Assembly: GCA_947632345.1 (NCBI GenBank)
Contig: CANROW010000001.1
Coordinates: 4,855-68,854 of the forward strand
Direction of reading: 5' to 3'
Source: an uncultured Bacilli bacterium
GTDB taxonomy: Bacteria > Bacillota_I > Bacilli_A > RF39 > UBA660
Length of the DNA stretch: 64,000 nucleotides
Position 1 is the stretch's first letter. Each line of letters opens with the position of its first letter. The notes beneath the pieces were generated by a model, which was given only the letters and a program-made list of their open reading frames with translations, was not told the origin of the DNA and made no database searches. Made by a program: the position numbers and the translations under genes. Positions 63,879 to 64,000 of the stretch are shown here, piece after piece.

Positions 63879-64000
63879 TTCTTGTTCTTTTTATTTGTAT
63901 TGCTACTTTGCGGCAATTATGTTATAATAGTGGCGTTTTATTTAATTAGGGGGAAAGTATTCTATGGATGAGTATGAATTTGATGAACGACAAAAGCGCC

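Noticed and set aside
63964-64000. Start of a plus-strand ORF (MDEYEFDERQKR...) at the window edge.
   Set aside because: Only 12 codons are visible, which is too short to call.

Overview
This window is the chromosomal origin-of-replication region of a very AT-rich Firmicute, and its gene order closely follows Bacillus. The minus-strand block reads holB-yaaT-yabB-rsmI-pth-mfd-spoVT-like, then metG-tatD-yabE-like-ksgA, then dnaX-ebfC-recR-BofA-like, then tadA-ffs, then gyrA-gyrB-recF-dnaN-dnaA. The plus-strand block reads rpmH-rnpA-yidC-jag-mnmE-mnmG-rsmG-noc-soj-spo0J-...-ychF-rpsF-ssb-rpsR-...-tilS-ftsH-dus-lysS. DnaA-box clusters flank dnaA, giving a bipartite oriC.

The main findings are:
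- **Interleaved parS and Noc-binding sites.** The 744-bp non-coding gap between dnaX and tadA holds four perfect 16-bp parS palindromes (TGTTTCACGTGAAACA) and five 14-bp Noc-binding palindromes (ATTTCCCGGGAAAT; three perfect, two off by one position). They are arranged as a repeated NBS-40bp-parS-22bp-NBS module. Both binding proteins are encoded in the window: Spo0J/ParB, and a Noc that lacks the N-terminal membrane helix and carries a roughly 230-aa Asn/Ser/Thr-rich insertion.
- **Unknown two-gene cassettes in conserved synteny.** One pair on the plus strand (769 and 391 aa, sharing a paralogous N-terminal domain) sits between oriC and rpmH. A second pair on the minus strand (617 and 332 aa) sits between jag and mnmE.
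- **ComK-family gene near the origin.** It occupies the dnaN-recF gap where Bacillus has yaaA.
- **Met-type T-box leader.** It sits upstream of an unusual dut-SDR-metG operon.
- **SRP RNA downstream of tadA.** It is 74 nt long.
- **Unannotated BofA-like small ORF.** It lies between recR and holB.

No CRISPR array, rRNA, tRNA or obvious mobile element was seen.
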